Virus record (IMG/VR): IMGVR_UViG_3300034126_000013
DNA from: a virus
Taxonomy: Duplodnaviria; Heunggongvirae; Uroviricota; Caudoviricetes
Reading direction: 5' to 3' (one strand)
Length of the DNA stretch: 22,033 nucleotides
Shown: positions 1 through 9,039 of the stretch, piece after piece
Numbering within the stretch: the first letter of the stretch is position 1
Layout: each line of letters begins with the position of its first letter
The notes under the pieces: generated by a model
What the model was told of the DNA's origin: nothing
The model's database searches: none
The model's input: only the letters and a program-made list of their open reading frames with translations
Made by a program: the position numbers and the translations under genes

Positions 1-2
1 CT

Positions 3-212
3 TTCGCAAAAGTCAAGTCCCAACCATATGAAGAGTTCGGCACCTTCGTCGCAAAAGAAGCAAACGTTGATGAACTGGTAGCTCTGTTCGCCGGTACTTG
101 CAAGATCGTTGAAACAGTGAAAGCGAATGGCTCCAATCGTAATGGTTTTGTAGTCCACGACTACAACATTAAGTTCATGTCGCAGTACGAACGTCGTCAA
201 TACGGGTTCTAA
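3..212 (+). CDS. hypothetical protein, 3' part (truncated by window edge)
   Basis: Open frame 3 from the window start to TAA 210-212 (...YERRQYGF*), directly followed by the ATG at 215. Confidence 0.7.
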   Translation, partial: FAKVKSQPYEEFGTFVAKEANVDELVALFAGTCKIVETVKANGSNRNGFVVHDYNIKFMSQYERRQYGF

Positions 213-214
213 CT

Positions 215-622
215 ATGAAATGGGTTGACTACACTGAAGAACAGCGTAAGTCATCCAAAGACATGAATGAAGGTAATGACTGCACCGTGTTCGCATGGTG
301 CAATGTCTTTGATGCACCTTACGTAAGCTCCCACAGTTGGCTCAGGAGGCACGGTAGGCAGAAGGGTAGGGGTATGTTTGCGAAGGCAATTAAAACTGCA
401 CTATCTTCATGTAAAAAGGCCATAACTAAGGTTGGACCGTATAGCAAGAAGAACAGAATCACTGTTGCATCATTTTGCCAAAAACATCCCGTTGGTCGGT
501 ACTATGTCTGGAATGTGAATCATGCATTTGCAATCAAGGATGGTGTCGTGTATGATCATCACCATGGACCGAGGCGACAAATCACCGGAGCCGTGAGAGT
601 TTACTTAGAGGGTGAGCTATGA
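215..622 (+). CDS. conserved phage hypothetical protein with a possible Cys/His catalytic pair
   Basis: 135-aa ORF with NDCTV and NHAFAIKDG motifs; overlaps the next gene (ATGA). Confidence 0.8.
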   Translation: MKWVDYTEEQRKSSKDMNEGNDCTVFAWCNVFDAPYVSSHSWLRRHGRQKGRGMFAKAIKTALSSCKKAITKVGPYSKKNRITVASFCQKHPVGRYYVWNVNHAFAIKDGVVYDHHHGPRRQITGAVRVYLEGEL

Positions 623-756
623 AAGAATATGGACCTTGTACAAAATGCTTATCACCTTGGCGTCCAAGACGATACTGGAATGGTAAATACTTGATTTGGT
701 ATCAGGGATGTTCAAACTGTAAAAATATGTCGTTTTGGTCTGGTGGTGAAACATGA
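619..756 (+). CDS. small zinc-ribbon protein (45 aa; below the ORF track cutoff)
   Basis: MKEYGPCTKC...GCSNCKNMSFWSGGET with two CxxC pairs; ATGA overlaps at both ends. Confidence 0.75.
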   Translation: MKEYGPCTKCLSPWRPRRYWNGKYLIWYQGCSNCKNMSFWSGGET

Positions 757-1184
757 AACACAAAATGATTGAACCGTACATGGCTACAGCAAGAGCATTT
801 GCAAAGCTGTCCCATGCACAACGTAGAAAGGTTGGAGCGATTGCCGTCACTCCTCAAGATGTGGTTATCTATTCGTGGAATGGTAGACCATCTGGTGACG
901 ACAACTGTTGTGAAGTAAATCCAGAACTCACACACCCTGAAGTCTTACATGCTGAATCGAACATCGTTGCGAAAGCAGCACGAGAAGGAATCTCGTTGAA
1001 AGATGCTGACGTGTATGTTACTCTCAGTCCTTGTTTACCATGTGCCTTGCAGTTGTATCAGGCAGGTGTTAAAATGGTGACATACGACGAAGAGTATCGT
1101 CTGACAGATGGGATAGACTTCCTGAAGCGGAAGAAAATCACAGTTAACAAATATGAGGAGAACGATATTGAAAATCATGGTTGA
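753..1184 (+). CDS. dCMP deaminase (cytidine/deoxycytidylate deaminase family)
   Basis: Zinc-deaminase motifs HAESN and SPCLPC, plus R-K-V-G-A and WNG-P-S-G as in T4 Cd/ComEB-like enzymes. Confidence 0.95.
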   Translation: MKHKMIEPYMATARAFAKLSHAQRRKVGAIAVTPQDVVIYSWNGRPSGDDNCCEVNPELTHPEVLHAESNIVAKAAREGISLKDADVYVTLSPCLPCALQLYQAGVKMVTYDEEYRLTDGIDFLKRKKITVNKYEENDIENHG

Positions 1185-1365
1185 GAAGTTGTTAGGTGAT
1201 GCATCCGTATCGATCTATAACAAGAGTGGTGATCTGATCCACGTTGAACAGTTCCACGGTAAGACTGATACCTCGTACATCCGAAGCATCCCTGTTGTTG
1301 AATGTGAGTACGGTCATTCTAAAGCATTGCATTCCGGTTCATTTGAATATAAGGTGATTGCGTGA
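1177..1365 (+). CDS. hypothetical protein
   Basis: ORF in the coupled operon; start uncertain (1153 or 1177). Confidence 0.7.
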   Translation: MVEKLLGDASVSIYNKSGDLIHVEQFHGKTDTSYIRSIPVVECEYGHSKALHSGSFEYKVIA

Positions 1366-1550
1366 GTGATTATCGCATTATACAAAATACACATCGTGAC
1401 CTGACATTTACGTATAAGATCGAAAAGCGTTCAGAGGTTGATCCTACACGGTGGAATACAATTACCACTCGTGATAGTATTGATGAAGCTCGACATGCAA
1501 CCAAACAGTTGTATAATCAGGAAATTATTAGTAGTGAGGTTGTAAAATGA
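1362..1550 (+). CDS. hypothetical protein
   Basis: 62 aa; GTGA/ATGA overlaps with its neighbours. Confidence 0.75.
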   Translation: MSDYRIIQNTHRDLTFTYKIEKRSEVDPTRWNTITTRDSIDEARHATKQLYNQEIISSEVVK

Positions 1551-1819
1551 TTCCAAATCAAGAATATATGAAGAACGTCTTTGAGATTGCCGCAAATCAG
1601 GAAGTCACCGCTCAGCAAACAGAAGATGGAAACGCGAAACGTGAGGAGCTTCGCGCACAAGCAATGAAGTTCCTGTATGATAACCAAGAGTGTTATGTGG
1701 CTCAGTGGATTCTTCAAAATCCATTTGCAAACCCTGAGCATTATGCGTTAAAATTCGTCTACAATGATTCGTCGATGCTCGGCTATTCAGTTACCATGGA
1801 GAAACTACCAAATGTTTGA
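1547..1819 (+). CDS. hypothetical protein
   Basis: 90 aa; coupled start with a GAGG SD upstream. Confidence 0.8.
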   Translation: MIPNQEYMKNVFEIAANQEVTAQQTEDGNAKREELRAQAMKFLYDNQECYVAQWILQNPFANPEHYALKFVYNDSSMLGYSVTMEKLPNV

Positions 1820-3077
1820 GAAGAACCTGTTCGGTCTGGAAAAGAATGGTGATGTAAAGGTTTGGTCTATCCATGTATACATGGCAGATCATGTTGATTA
1901 TGAATACTCACAAGCATTGATTTCCATTCGTCACGGTAAAGAAGGCGGTAAACTAACAACTAAAACGGAATGGGTTTTCGAAGGTAAGCAAGGCCGCACA
2001 CCATACGAACAAGCAGTATCAATGGCTGAAGGTCGTATCAAGAAACAAATCGATAAGAACTATCGTGAGAATCGTGAAGACCTATTTGGTAAACTTCCAC
2101 TTCTGGCAATGCTGGCTAAAGATGCTTCCATGGCGAAGCTCGATAAAGTCAAGTTCAAGTATAAAGAAGGCTTGCACATCTCCGACAAACTGGATGGTGT
2201 CCGTTGCCTTGCAAAATGTGTATATGATGATGAGCTTCAACATTCGGTAATCACAATCGAATCACGAACTGGTCAACCATATGATGTTCCGCATATTCTT
2301 GCTGAGCTGTATAGCATCATGGAACCGGGCGATATCCTTGATGGTGAGTTGTATGTACATGGTCCTGTACTTGAAGATATCACCAGTGCCGTTAAACGTA
2401 CTGACCCACAAGCCAAGATCGATGAAACATACCTGAAAGTTGCAAAGCAGTTGAACAAGTATGGTCCTGACAGTCCTGAGTATGCAAAAGCAAAAACGGA
2501 TTATGAAGAAGCCAACTTGATCGCCAAGATTCGACCAACTCTGGAGTTCCGAGTGTTCGATCTGGTTAAAATGGATGTAGGTTTCCGTGATCGTCTGTTT
2601 GATCTACAAGCATATGCCGCCGATCGCTTCCAGTTCAACGGTAAGGTCTTTGCTGTTGGCTATGTAACCGCATACTCGAAAGAGGAACTGCGTGCACTCC
2701 ATAAGGATGCAGTAGAGCGTGGTTACGAAGGTGTGATGATTCGCACACACGACGGTATTTACGAAAGTGGTAAGCGTTCTTCAGGTCTGTACAAATATAA
2801 AGAGTTCATGGACGGTGAGTTCCAGATTCTTGATATCATTCCTGACAAACAGGGTAATGCGGTATTCGTATTGCAGAACAACCGAAACGGTGAAGTGTTC
2901 ACTTGCGTAATGGGTGACATGGAACAACGTGCGTTCTACCTTGCGAACAAACATCTGTTTATTGGCAAGTGGTTGAAGGTAAAATATCAGTCTCGCTACA
3001 AAAAGACCTTGCTTCCGCAATTTCCTTGCGGTATCATGTTTCGTGAATGTGATGAACAAGGAAACCCAATCGAATGA
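1812..3077 (+). CDS. lig: ATP-dependent DNA ligase
   Basis: Nucleotidyltransferase motifs I (SDKLDGVR), III (LDGEL), IIIa (FRVFDL), IV (EGVMIR) and V (YKYKEF), plus a C-terminal OB region. Start placed at ATG 1812 (SD TGGAGA). Confidence 0.96.
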   Translation: MFEKNLFGLEKNGDVKVWSIHVYMADHVDYEYSQALISIRHGKEGGKLTTKTEWVFEGKQGRTPYEQAVSMAEGRIKKQIDKNYRENREDLFGKLPLLAMLAKDASMAKLDKVKFKYKEGLHISDKLDGVRCLAKCVYDDELQHSVITIESRTGQPYDVPHILAELYSIMEPGDILDGELYVHGPVLEDITSAVKRTDPQAKIDETYLKVAKQLNKYGPDSPEYAKAKTDYEEANLIAKIRPTLEFRVFDLVKMDVGFRDRLFDLQAYAADRFQFNGKVFAVGYVTAYSKEELRALHKDAVERGYEGVMIRTHDGIYESGKRSSGLYKYKEFMDGEFQILDIIPDKQGNAVFVLQNNRNGEVFTCVMGDMEQRAFYLANKHLFIGKWLKVKYQSRYKKTLLPQFPCGIMFRECDEQGNPIE

Positions 3078-3604
3078 TCAATCTACGGGAACACGCAAGC
3101 AGTAGTTATGCTCCGCGTACATGGCATAATGCTTCCCAAGGTGTAACCCTCGCTCTGGCTGTGGATTTCAACACAGCCGGCGAGCGGCTAACAACAAAGG
3201 CAGCACAGAAAATGGGTATTGTCCATGCTGACGCTACCAGCTTTGCAACCGACTGGATTCGGGCGTCTCGTGAATTGTACAAGAAGCTAAAAGAAACGGA
3301 CTGTCGAGTGGTAAACGTTGCTGGTAACGGTATCTACACTTATGCGAAGCACGGTTTTACTCAGCAAGGTGTTAACCACATGGTTCATGCTATTCTGAAG
3401 CAGGTTCACGATCATTGGAAGCTCGATCATATCGTCTCTGGTGGTCAAACCGGTGCGGACCTTGCAGGGTTAATTGCGGCTGCACACATGGACATCGATT
3501 GTACAGGTATGTGGCCTCGCGGGTATAAAATGCGTTTTCAAAACGGTGTTGATGTCAATCATACACAAGCACAGATAATGGAGATTATTAATCAATATGC
3601 GTAA
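3074..3604 (+). CDS. SLOG-superfamily (YpsA/cpYpsA-like) nucleotide-binding protein
   Basis: IVSGGQTGADLAGL and VVNVAGN motifs typical of cpYpsA-type SLOG proteins. Confidence 0.75.
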   Translation: MINLREHASSSYAPRTWHNASQGVTLALAVDFNTAGERLTTKAAQKMGIVHADATSFATDWIRASRELYKKLKETDCRVVNVAGNGIYTYAKHGFTQQGVNHMVHAILKQVHDHWKLDHIVSGGQTGADLAGLIAAAHMDIDCTGMWPRGYKMRFQNGVDVNHTQAQIMEIINQYA

Positions 3605-4331
3605 ACTCATTGGATCGTGCAACCACGTAGCTCAATACGATCTGCGTAATTTCAAAGGTCGAATCTTTGTAGTAAGTGACTTGCACGGTCACTATGACTT
3701 ACTGCATGATGCACTTCGGGAGATGGGGTTTAACTCCGCAACCGATTTACTGTTCGTAATCGGAGACTGGACTGACAGAGGACCAGATAGTCAATACGTT
3801 CTGGATTACGTTAATGAGAGTTGGGTTCATAGCGTACAAGGTAATCACGAAAAAATGTTCATTGATGGCTTCGAGTCACACTGGCATCCAAACAATCGAA
3901 GCGTGTTGACATTGAAGGCACATGGCGGTGAGTGGATTTGGCGATTAACTGATCTGGATAAGATTCTGATCCACGAAGCATTCACAAACATGCCAATTGG
4001 TATGGAATTATTGTTGCCTAATGAGAAGAAGGTTGCTATGATTCACGCCGAAGTGCCGTACAACGATTGGAACAAGTTCTTAAACATCTCTAAAGCAGAG
4101 CTTGAGTGGGATGGGTTGGCTACAGCACAATGGGCTAGAAGGCGCTATAGTGCTGCTGACGGCACGTTAGTTAAGAACGCTGACCTTGTTATGGTTGGGC
4201 ACACTCCAACAGACAGTGGGCTCTGTGAGAAGCTTGGGAACGTGTTATACATTGATGGTGGTAGTTTCTTTAACGACCGAATCAATTTTATTGAAATCAA
4301 CTCTGAATTTATGGAGAAAATGGGAATATGA
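3597..4331 (+). CDS. calcineurin-like metallophosphoesterase (lambda NinI-type Ser/Thr phosphatase family)
   Basis: SDLHG, GDWTDRG, GNHE and GHT motifs. Confidence 0.93.
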   Translation: MRKLIGSCNHVAQYDLRNFKGRIFVVSDLHGHYDLLHDALREMGFNSATDLLFVIGDWTDRGPDSQYVLDYVNESWVHSVQGNHEKMFIDGFESHWHPNNRSVLTLKAHGGEWIWRLTDLDKILIHEAFTNMPIGMELLLPNEKKVAMIHAEVPYNDWNKFLNISKAELEWDGLATAQWARRRYSAADGTLVKNADLVMVGHTPTDSGLCEKLGNVLYIDGGSFFNDRINFIEINSEFMEKMGI

Positions 4332-4510
4332 CTTTAGAAGGTATTGTTGAGCAACCAACGGTTCGAATGAATCAGTTCAAGAATCTGGATGCAGCACTTG
4401 ACTTCTGCAAGTTTATTCGGGCAGAAGAGATTGGTATCAGGAAAATCATCAATGGTGTAGAATCTATTGGTTGGGAAGTTTCTTATGTTGGTAGCGAGGG
4501 ACAACGATGA
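4328..4510 (+). CDS. hypothetical protein
   Basis: 60 aa; ATGA overlaps. Confidence 0.7.
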   Translation: MTLEGIVEQPTVRMNQFKNLDAALDFCKFIRAEEIGIRKIINGVESIGWEVSYVGSEGQR

Positions 4511-4692
4511 GCAAGAAGCCAGAAGTATTACGTAATCAACCAGACGGTCAACCAACCGCTTTATGGAACTCGTTTAAGCGTGTTATCAAAGATATGGGCA
4601 CTTTGACAAATGAACAAATTGCAGCACTTCATTATGAATCTTGGCACGCTGCTTTCGTTCGATCAAATGGCGTGGAACCGGGCAACGTATGA
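4507..4692 (+). CDS. hypothetical protein
   Basis: 61 aa; SD GAGGG and ATGA overlap. Confidence 0.7.
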   Translation: MSKKPEVLRNQPDGQPTALWNSFKRVIKDMGTLTNEQIAALHYESWHAAFVRSNGVEPGNV

Positions 4693-5072
4693 ATGTTCAA
4701 TACGCAGATGAACTAAGCGTTCAGATGTGTCAAGATAACCCTGATGACATCTTTGTCTTCGGGGGCAATCTTGCAGGTAGTGGTTTTGCAGGTCAGGCAA
4801 TCATTCGTACTGAGTATAATGCTTTCGAGATTCCCACAAAGCGTTACCCGTCAACACATATCGGGGCTTACTTCAAGGATAAGGAATGTGAGCGAAACCA
4901 CGTACTAAATTCACTCAGGGAGTTGTATACTCTGGGGAAACATCGTACAATCGTGTTTCCAACGAAGGGTGTCGGGACTGGTATGGCAAAGATGGCTCAA
5001 TATAGCCCAAAAATCTTTGCTGAGATGAACGGAATTCTTTTAAAACACTTTGGGGTAGGGAATGGGTCATGA
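4689..5072 (+). CDS. conserved phage protein (FVFGxNL..G..GQA / IPTK family), possibly a nucleotide-binding alpha/beta fold
   Basis: IFVFGGNLAGSGFAGQA, AFEIPTK and GVGTGMA glycine-rich motifs. Start at the coupled ATG 4689. Confidence 0.75.
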   Translation: MNVQYADELSVQMCQDNPDDIFVFGGNLAGSGFAGQAIIRTEYNAFEIPTKRYPSTHIGAYFKDKECERNHVLNSLRELYTLGKHRTIVFPTKGVGTGMAKMAQYSPKIFAEMNGILLKHFGVGNGS

Positions 5073-5260
5073 GAACAACGTCAATGTGGCGAGACAAGTA
5101 TGACTGGCATGAATGGTTTGTTTGGTATCCTATTTGGGTACACACAGGTCATTGTAAAGGTACTTGGGTTTGGTTAGAACGAGTACAACGTAAACTAGAG
5201 ATGACTTATGACGGCGTTACAACCCGTATTCGAAATCTAGATGGGAGTGATATAGATTGA
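5069..5260 (+). CDS. Trp-rich hypothetical protein
   Basis: WHEWFVWYP...WVWLE; coupled on both sides. Confidence 0.75.
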   Translation: MRTTSMWRDKYDWHEWFVWYPIWVHTGHCKGTWVWLERVQRKLEMTYDGVTTRIRNLDGSDID

Positions 5261-5784
5261 ATTTAGTCAAGCATTTAATGTCAAGGAACTATGACCCAAC
5301 AAGATACAAAAATCAGGTTTTAGACTTTGACAATAAGGTCTTGACCGTTTATCTTACAAACCTTTGTGGTCAATTTTCTGGATTTCAGCAGTATCGACCT
5401 GAAGTTGAATTTAAGAGGCTTAATCTACCAAATGAAGCAAGGTATTTCACATACAGTCAACGTGGTATTAATGCCTGTTGGGGACTGGAAACGCTTGACC
5501 CTAGTAAGAAAGACCTTTACCTTGTTGAAGGGATATTCAAAGCGAGCGCATTACATATGCTTGGACATAATGCTCTAGGTCTGCTAACATCAAACCCTAA
5601 ACCAATGAAAAGTTGGTTACACACGTTACCATATAACCTAATCGGTATCGGTGACGCAGATAAAGCTGGTCGAGACATGCCAAAGATTGCAGGTAAAGGG
5701 TTCCAATCTGAACTTGATCTTGATGAATACAGTTTAGAAGAGCTTGATAAGCTAATTAGAGGGAAACCATGGATGTCTGTTTAG
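5257..5784 (+). CDS. Toprim-domain (primase-like) protein lacking a zinc-binding domain
   Basis: YLVEG and GDADKAG (DxD) Toprim motifs. EGIFKA departs from the canonical EGxxD. Confidence 0.7.
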   Translation: MNLVKHLMSRNYDPTRYKNQVLDFDNKVLTVYLTNLCGQFSGFQQYRPEVEFKRLNLPNEARYFTYSQRGINACWGLETLDPSKKDLYLVEGIFKASALHMLGHNALGLLTSNPKPMKSWLHTLPYNLIGIGDADKAGRDMPKIAGKGFQSELDLDEYSLEELDKLIRGKPWMSV

Positions 5785-5960
5785 AGTGTTATCCTAATCC
5801 TCCTAGATTTTGGCGTGACGGTCCAATGAACGAAGAGATTCGAAATAACCTGACGTGGCAAAGACACGCCAATCTTTACTATTTTACTCTGGATGAAGCA
5901 CTTACAGTCTGGGGAGAACAAATCGAGGAGAAGTATCATGTATCGAATCAAACTGGATGA
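5769..5960 (+). CDS. hypothetical protein
   Basis: 63-aa ORF within the operon. Confidence 0.65.
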   Translation: MDVCLECYPNPPRFWRDGPMNEEIRNNLTWQRHANLYYFTLDEALTVWGEQIEEKYHVSNQTG

Positions 5961-6135
5961 CGCCTGTACAGTTTTCAGCCTATATCGTAATAATGAACTG
6001 TTGGGTGTTGATTCATTGGTTGGTCAACATCTACTAACTATTGCAAATGCGCATGGAATAGATATAAGTAGATGTGAATCTGATAGTCATATACTTGCTG
6101 TCATTCAACAATACCAAACAGTTGAGATTGAATAA
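5938..6135 (+). CDS. hypothetical protein
   Basis: Strong SD GAGGAG before ATG 5938. Confidence 0.75.
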   Translation: MYRIKLDDACTVFSLYRNNELLGVDSLVGQHLLTIANAHGIDISRCESDSHILAVIQQYQTVEIE

Positions 6136-6458
6136 TGAGAACCGAACGTGAAGGTCGTTTCTTTGGGACTATCGGTGAGATGCACATCGATATGCGACAA
6201 CATACAATGGATGGTGGTTTGTTCAACCTAGCAACGTCGTCATGGCGTTCAACATGTGGTAGTCGAAGCATACAATGGTTTGTAATTCGTGAGTTCAAGG
6301 ATGTTTACAGTATTTCAGGTGTATGCTTTCATAAAGTAATGCTTGACATCTCGTTACCTGATTTTGAATCCATGAAGTTCATTATGAGTCGCCTGCGAAG
6401 CCCGAATCCGCGACCGATTTTTCGCATAGCTCAATCGAAAAGCATCTACCCCGCGTAA
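6135..6458 (+). CDS. hypothetical protein
   Basis: 107 aa; TAATG coupling; followed by a terminator. Confidence 0.7.
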   Translation: MRTEREGRFFGTIGEMHIDMRQHTMDGGLFNLATSSWRSTCGSRSIQWFVIREFKDVYSISGVCFHKVMLDISLPDFESMKFIMSRLRSPNPRPIFRIAQSKSIYPA

Positions 6459-6473
6459 GCGGGGCTTTTCTTT
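6449..6473 (+). terminator. Rho-independent terminator
   Basis: CCCCGC-GTAA-GCGGGG stem (GNRA loop) followed by CTTTTCTTT. Confidence 0.85.
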
Positions 6474-6522
6474 ACCTAGAGTTTAGTGTATGATGGTGAT
6501 CCATCAACAGGAGGGGCACAAA

Positions 6523-6990
6523 ATGGTATTCTGGAAACGTAAGCAAATTAATCTGGGAGAACAAGCTGTTACAGAACTGACAATCCTCGAATGGAAAAGA
6601 TTCTTCAGTATTAAGCTGTTCGATTTCCATCCGACAACAGGAAAGCAAGACAGGTTTCATACTCATGCATTTAACGCACTAAGTATCTTGCTGTCAGGTG
6701 ATTACACTGAAGAAGTAGTCAAGTATGGTACTGCTGTTCATCAATTAAAACGCAGTCGTAAACGATTCCTGTATATTCCAGCAAACGAATACCATCGAAT
6801 CACCAAGAGTAACGGATGTCGTACACTATTAATCACTGGACCATGGGGTAATGCCTTTAGAGAGTTACGTTATCTTTGTGACTCATCCAGAGTTGGTGAC
6901 ACTTGGTGGTCAGAACATATTTGTGGACCACAACGTAAAGACATTGAACAATTACCACATAGCCGACTATTAATTGGAGCAGATGCATGA
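6523..6990 (+). CDS. cupin-fold protein
   Basis: FHTHAF...SGDYTEE...YHRI cupin metal motifs; SD GGAGGGG before ATG 6523. Confidence 0.75.
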   Translation: MVFWKRKQINLGEQAVTELTILEWKRFFSIKLFDFHPTTGKQDRFHTHAFNALSILLSGDYTEEVVKYGTAVHQLKRSRKRFLYIPANEYHRITKSNGCRTLLITGPWGNAFRELRYLCDSSRVGDTWWSEHICGPQRKDIEQLPHSRLLIGADA

Positions 6991-7268
6991 AACGTGAACA
7001 GTTTGTAAACACCTTTCTCGAAGGTTCAACGCTTACATCCACTTCACCAGATACATTGATTCGCAATCTGGTAGGTATGGTATTCGACCTTCGGTCAAAG
7101 ATCAGCGGACATGAAGAACACATCGCGTACATGGATGATGTTGCAAGGGAGAACGATATCAAAATGACCTGTCGTTCATGTCAGAACAAGTATGAGATTC
7201 CATGCGAACTCAGTGAAGTGTCAAACGAAGGTAACTATTGCGGAGGAAGTGAAAGATGCTGCCCATAA
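6987..7268 (+). CDS. hypothetical protein with a C-terminal Cys cluster
   Basis: 93 aa; CxxC...C...C; ATGA overlap. Confidence 0.75.
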   Translation: MKREQFVNTFLEGSTLTSTSPDTLIRNLVGMVFDLRSKISGHEEHIAYMDDVARENDIKMTCRSCQNKYEIPCELSEVSNEGNYCGGSERCCP

Positions 7269-7747
7269 TCACACACGATTCACTCTGCTTACAGGCTGAG
7301 AAGTTCTTAAAGAGTAATGGCTTCGGTGTTGTGTTCCATGACAAATTTCGTGCAATCACTAACTCTGGTGAGCAACCTGATGCACTTGGTTTTCGATCTG
7401 GTGTAAGTTGCCTAATCGAATGCAAGACTTCACGTGCAGATTTCCTTGCTGATCGCAAGAAGAAGTTCCGCGTTGAACCATCCTTAGGTATGGGTGACTG
7501 GCGATTCATGCTGACACCTAAAGGATTGATCAAAGTCGAAGAACTTCCTCCCAATTGGGGACTCTTGGAGACAGACGGTAAGAAGATTCGCAAAATACAT
7601 GGTTTCCCTGCGAACACAATGTGGTATGATAAACCATTCCACGCCAACAGGCTGGCTGAGAACCAGTATATGTATTCAGCACTGCGACGGATGGTAATTC
7701 GCGGTCACTTTAACGAGATATACGAAGGAATCCCCAAAGATGGTTAA
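7256..7747 (+). CDS. PD-(D/E)xK nuclease-like protein (MmcB-like)
   Basis: QPDALGF...LIECKTSRADFLAD.KK motif. Confidence 0.75.
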   Translation: MLPIITHDSLCLQAEKFLKSNGFGVVFHDKFRAITNSGEQPDALGFRSGVSCLIECKTSRADFLADRKKKFRVEPSLGMGDWRFMLTPKGLIKVEELPPNWGLLETDGKKIRKIHGFPANTMWYDKPFHANRLAENQYMYSALRRMVIRGHFNEIYEGIPKDG

Positions 7748-8042
7748 GCGTATAGTCGATTGTCCAGTAGTAAACCCTCACGATGTGAGGAAACATTACG
7801 GACTTCTGTTCTGGCAGCAGTGCTGGTTTTGTGAAATGGAGTTTCGGCGTGAAGCCGGGTATAAATGGCTCTTCGGAGGACGTACATGGTGTTACTCGTG
7901 CAGCGATTGCTCCGCATCAATCAGTCATTGTAACGACAATCTGAGTTGGCGTAATGCAACAGCAGTGGCAAAGATGAAAGCGCTACCACCACCAATGCGT
8001 ACATTCAGTAATGCACGTCGTCAACCATTATGGACCGACTAA
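7740..8042 (+). CDS. putative zinc-binding hypothetical protein
   Basis: CWFC...CSDC motifs. Confidence 0.75.
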   Translation: MVKRIVDCPVVNPHDVRKHYGLLFWQQCWFCEMEFRREAGYKWLFGGRTWCYSCSDCSASISHCNDNLSWRNATAVAKMKALPPPMRTFSNARRQPLWTD

Positions 8043-8043
8043 T

Positions 8044-8157
8044 ATGAGCATGGAAATAGAAGCACTACTAATCACACTCGGTGTATTTGGACCATTCATT
8101 GTGGTAGGTGTATTCGTTGGAGTATGCCTACTCACATCAAACCCTTGGAGACGATAA
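8044..8157 (+). CDS. small single-pass membrane protein (37 aa)
   Basis: MSMEIEALLITLGVFGPFIVVGVFVGVCLLTSNPWRR; fills the gap and is coupled to the next ATG. Confidence 0.7.
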   Translation: MSMEIEALLITLGVFGPFIVVGVFVGVCLLTSNPWRR

Positions 8158-8324
8158 TGAATATTCGTAAACTAATTAACCAACTTGAAGAAATAGCAGA
8201 ACTCGCAGGTGACGATCAAATCGTATATACTTGGTGTCCTGACGGTGAGGACTGGTTCCCGATCACAGGATTCACATACGGTGGTGGAGATAATATCATT
8301 CAGATTTACAATGATGAGGGCTAA
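8157..8324 (+). CDS. hypothetical protein
   Basis: SD GGAG and TAATG coupling (MNIRKL...). Confidence 0.75.
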   Translation: MNIRKLINQLEEIAELAGDDQIVYTWCPDGEDWFPITGFTYGGGDNIIQIYNDEG

Positions 8325-8619
8325 GCAAGTTTTATACCTGATGAGCAATCCCTTCAAGCTCTTCAAAATAGGTATATCAAAGAATCCAATTAAGCGTTGT
8401 AGACAAATAGAACTTGCATCCGGCTCACCAGTTGCCATAATAAAGTGCTGGCAGACGCTGGATGCACCTGCTTTCGAAGTGGAACAGTACCTACATCGTC
8501 TATTTGCACGCAAAAGAAAACAGGGAGAATGGTTTGACAACATCACCATCTCCGATATAGAATATGCAGGTTACGACTTAACCGAATGTAATCATAATGG
8601 AACACTCAGGAGAAAATAA
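8311..8619 (+). CDS. GIY-YIG family protein (T5orf172/MUG113-like)
   Basis: VLYLM...FKIGISKNPIKR...E..LH..F...R.QGEWF pattern. Confidence 0.85.
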   Translation: MMRAKQVLYLMSNPFKLFKIGISKNPIKRCRQIELASGSPVAIIKCWQTLDAPAFEVEQYLHRLFARKRKQGEWFDNITISDIEYAGYDLTECNHNGTLRRK

Positions 8620-8810
8620 TGAAATGGTATGAAATTATTATTGATGGTGGTGATGGCTCTTCCTCTGTTCATCGGTATAGAACAATCGAAGAAGCTAATG
8701 AAGCAATCCAAATCGAATTCGAAGCCTACGGAATGGAACCAGAAGGCCCAAACCTTGTAGATACAGATTCCCCTGACTTCTTTGATACAGTGAGCGACTA
8801 CAATGACTGA
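8619..8810 (+). CDS. acidic hypothetical protein
   Basis: 63 aa; TAATG coupling. Confidence 0.75.
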   Translation: MKWYEIIIDGGDGSSSVHRYRTIEEANEAIQIEFEAYGMEPEGPNLVDTDSPDFFDTVSDYND

Positions 8811-9039
8811 ATATACAATCAAGTATGAATACGAATATATTGACCACGAATGTCCATGCTGTGCTTATAGTGATAAAACAATCACCATCTATGAGAACAA
8901 CCGTACAGACGGGGTTTACACTTCGTCATTCGATACATTTCTGATCGCAGAAGATGAAAATGTATTACGTGAATTCATCAACGACTACTACCCTGAATAT
9001 AACGACTTCAGCGTACACGAAGACACAAGGTGGTTCTAA
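8803..9039 (+). CDS. hypothetical protein
   Basis: 78 aa with a CPCC motif; overlaps its neighbours. Confidence 0.75.
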   Translation: MTEYTIKYEYEYIDHECPCCAYSDKTITIYENNRTDGVYTSSFDTFLIAEDENVLREFINDYYPEYNDFSVHEDTRWF

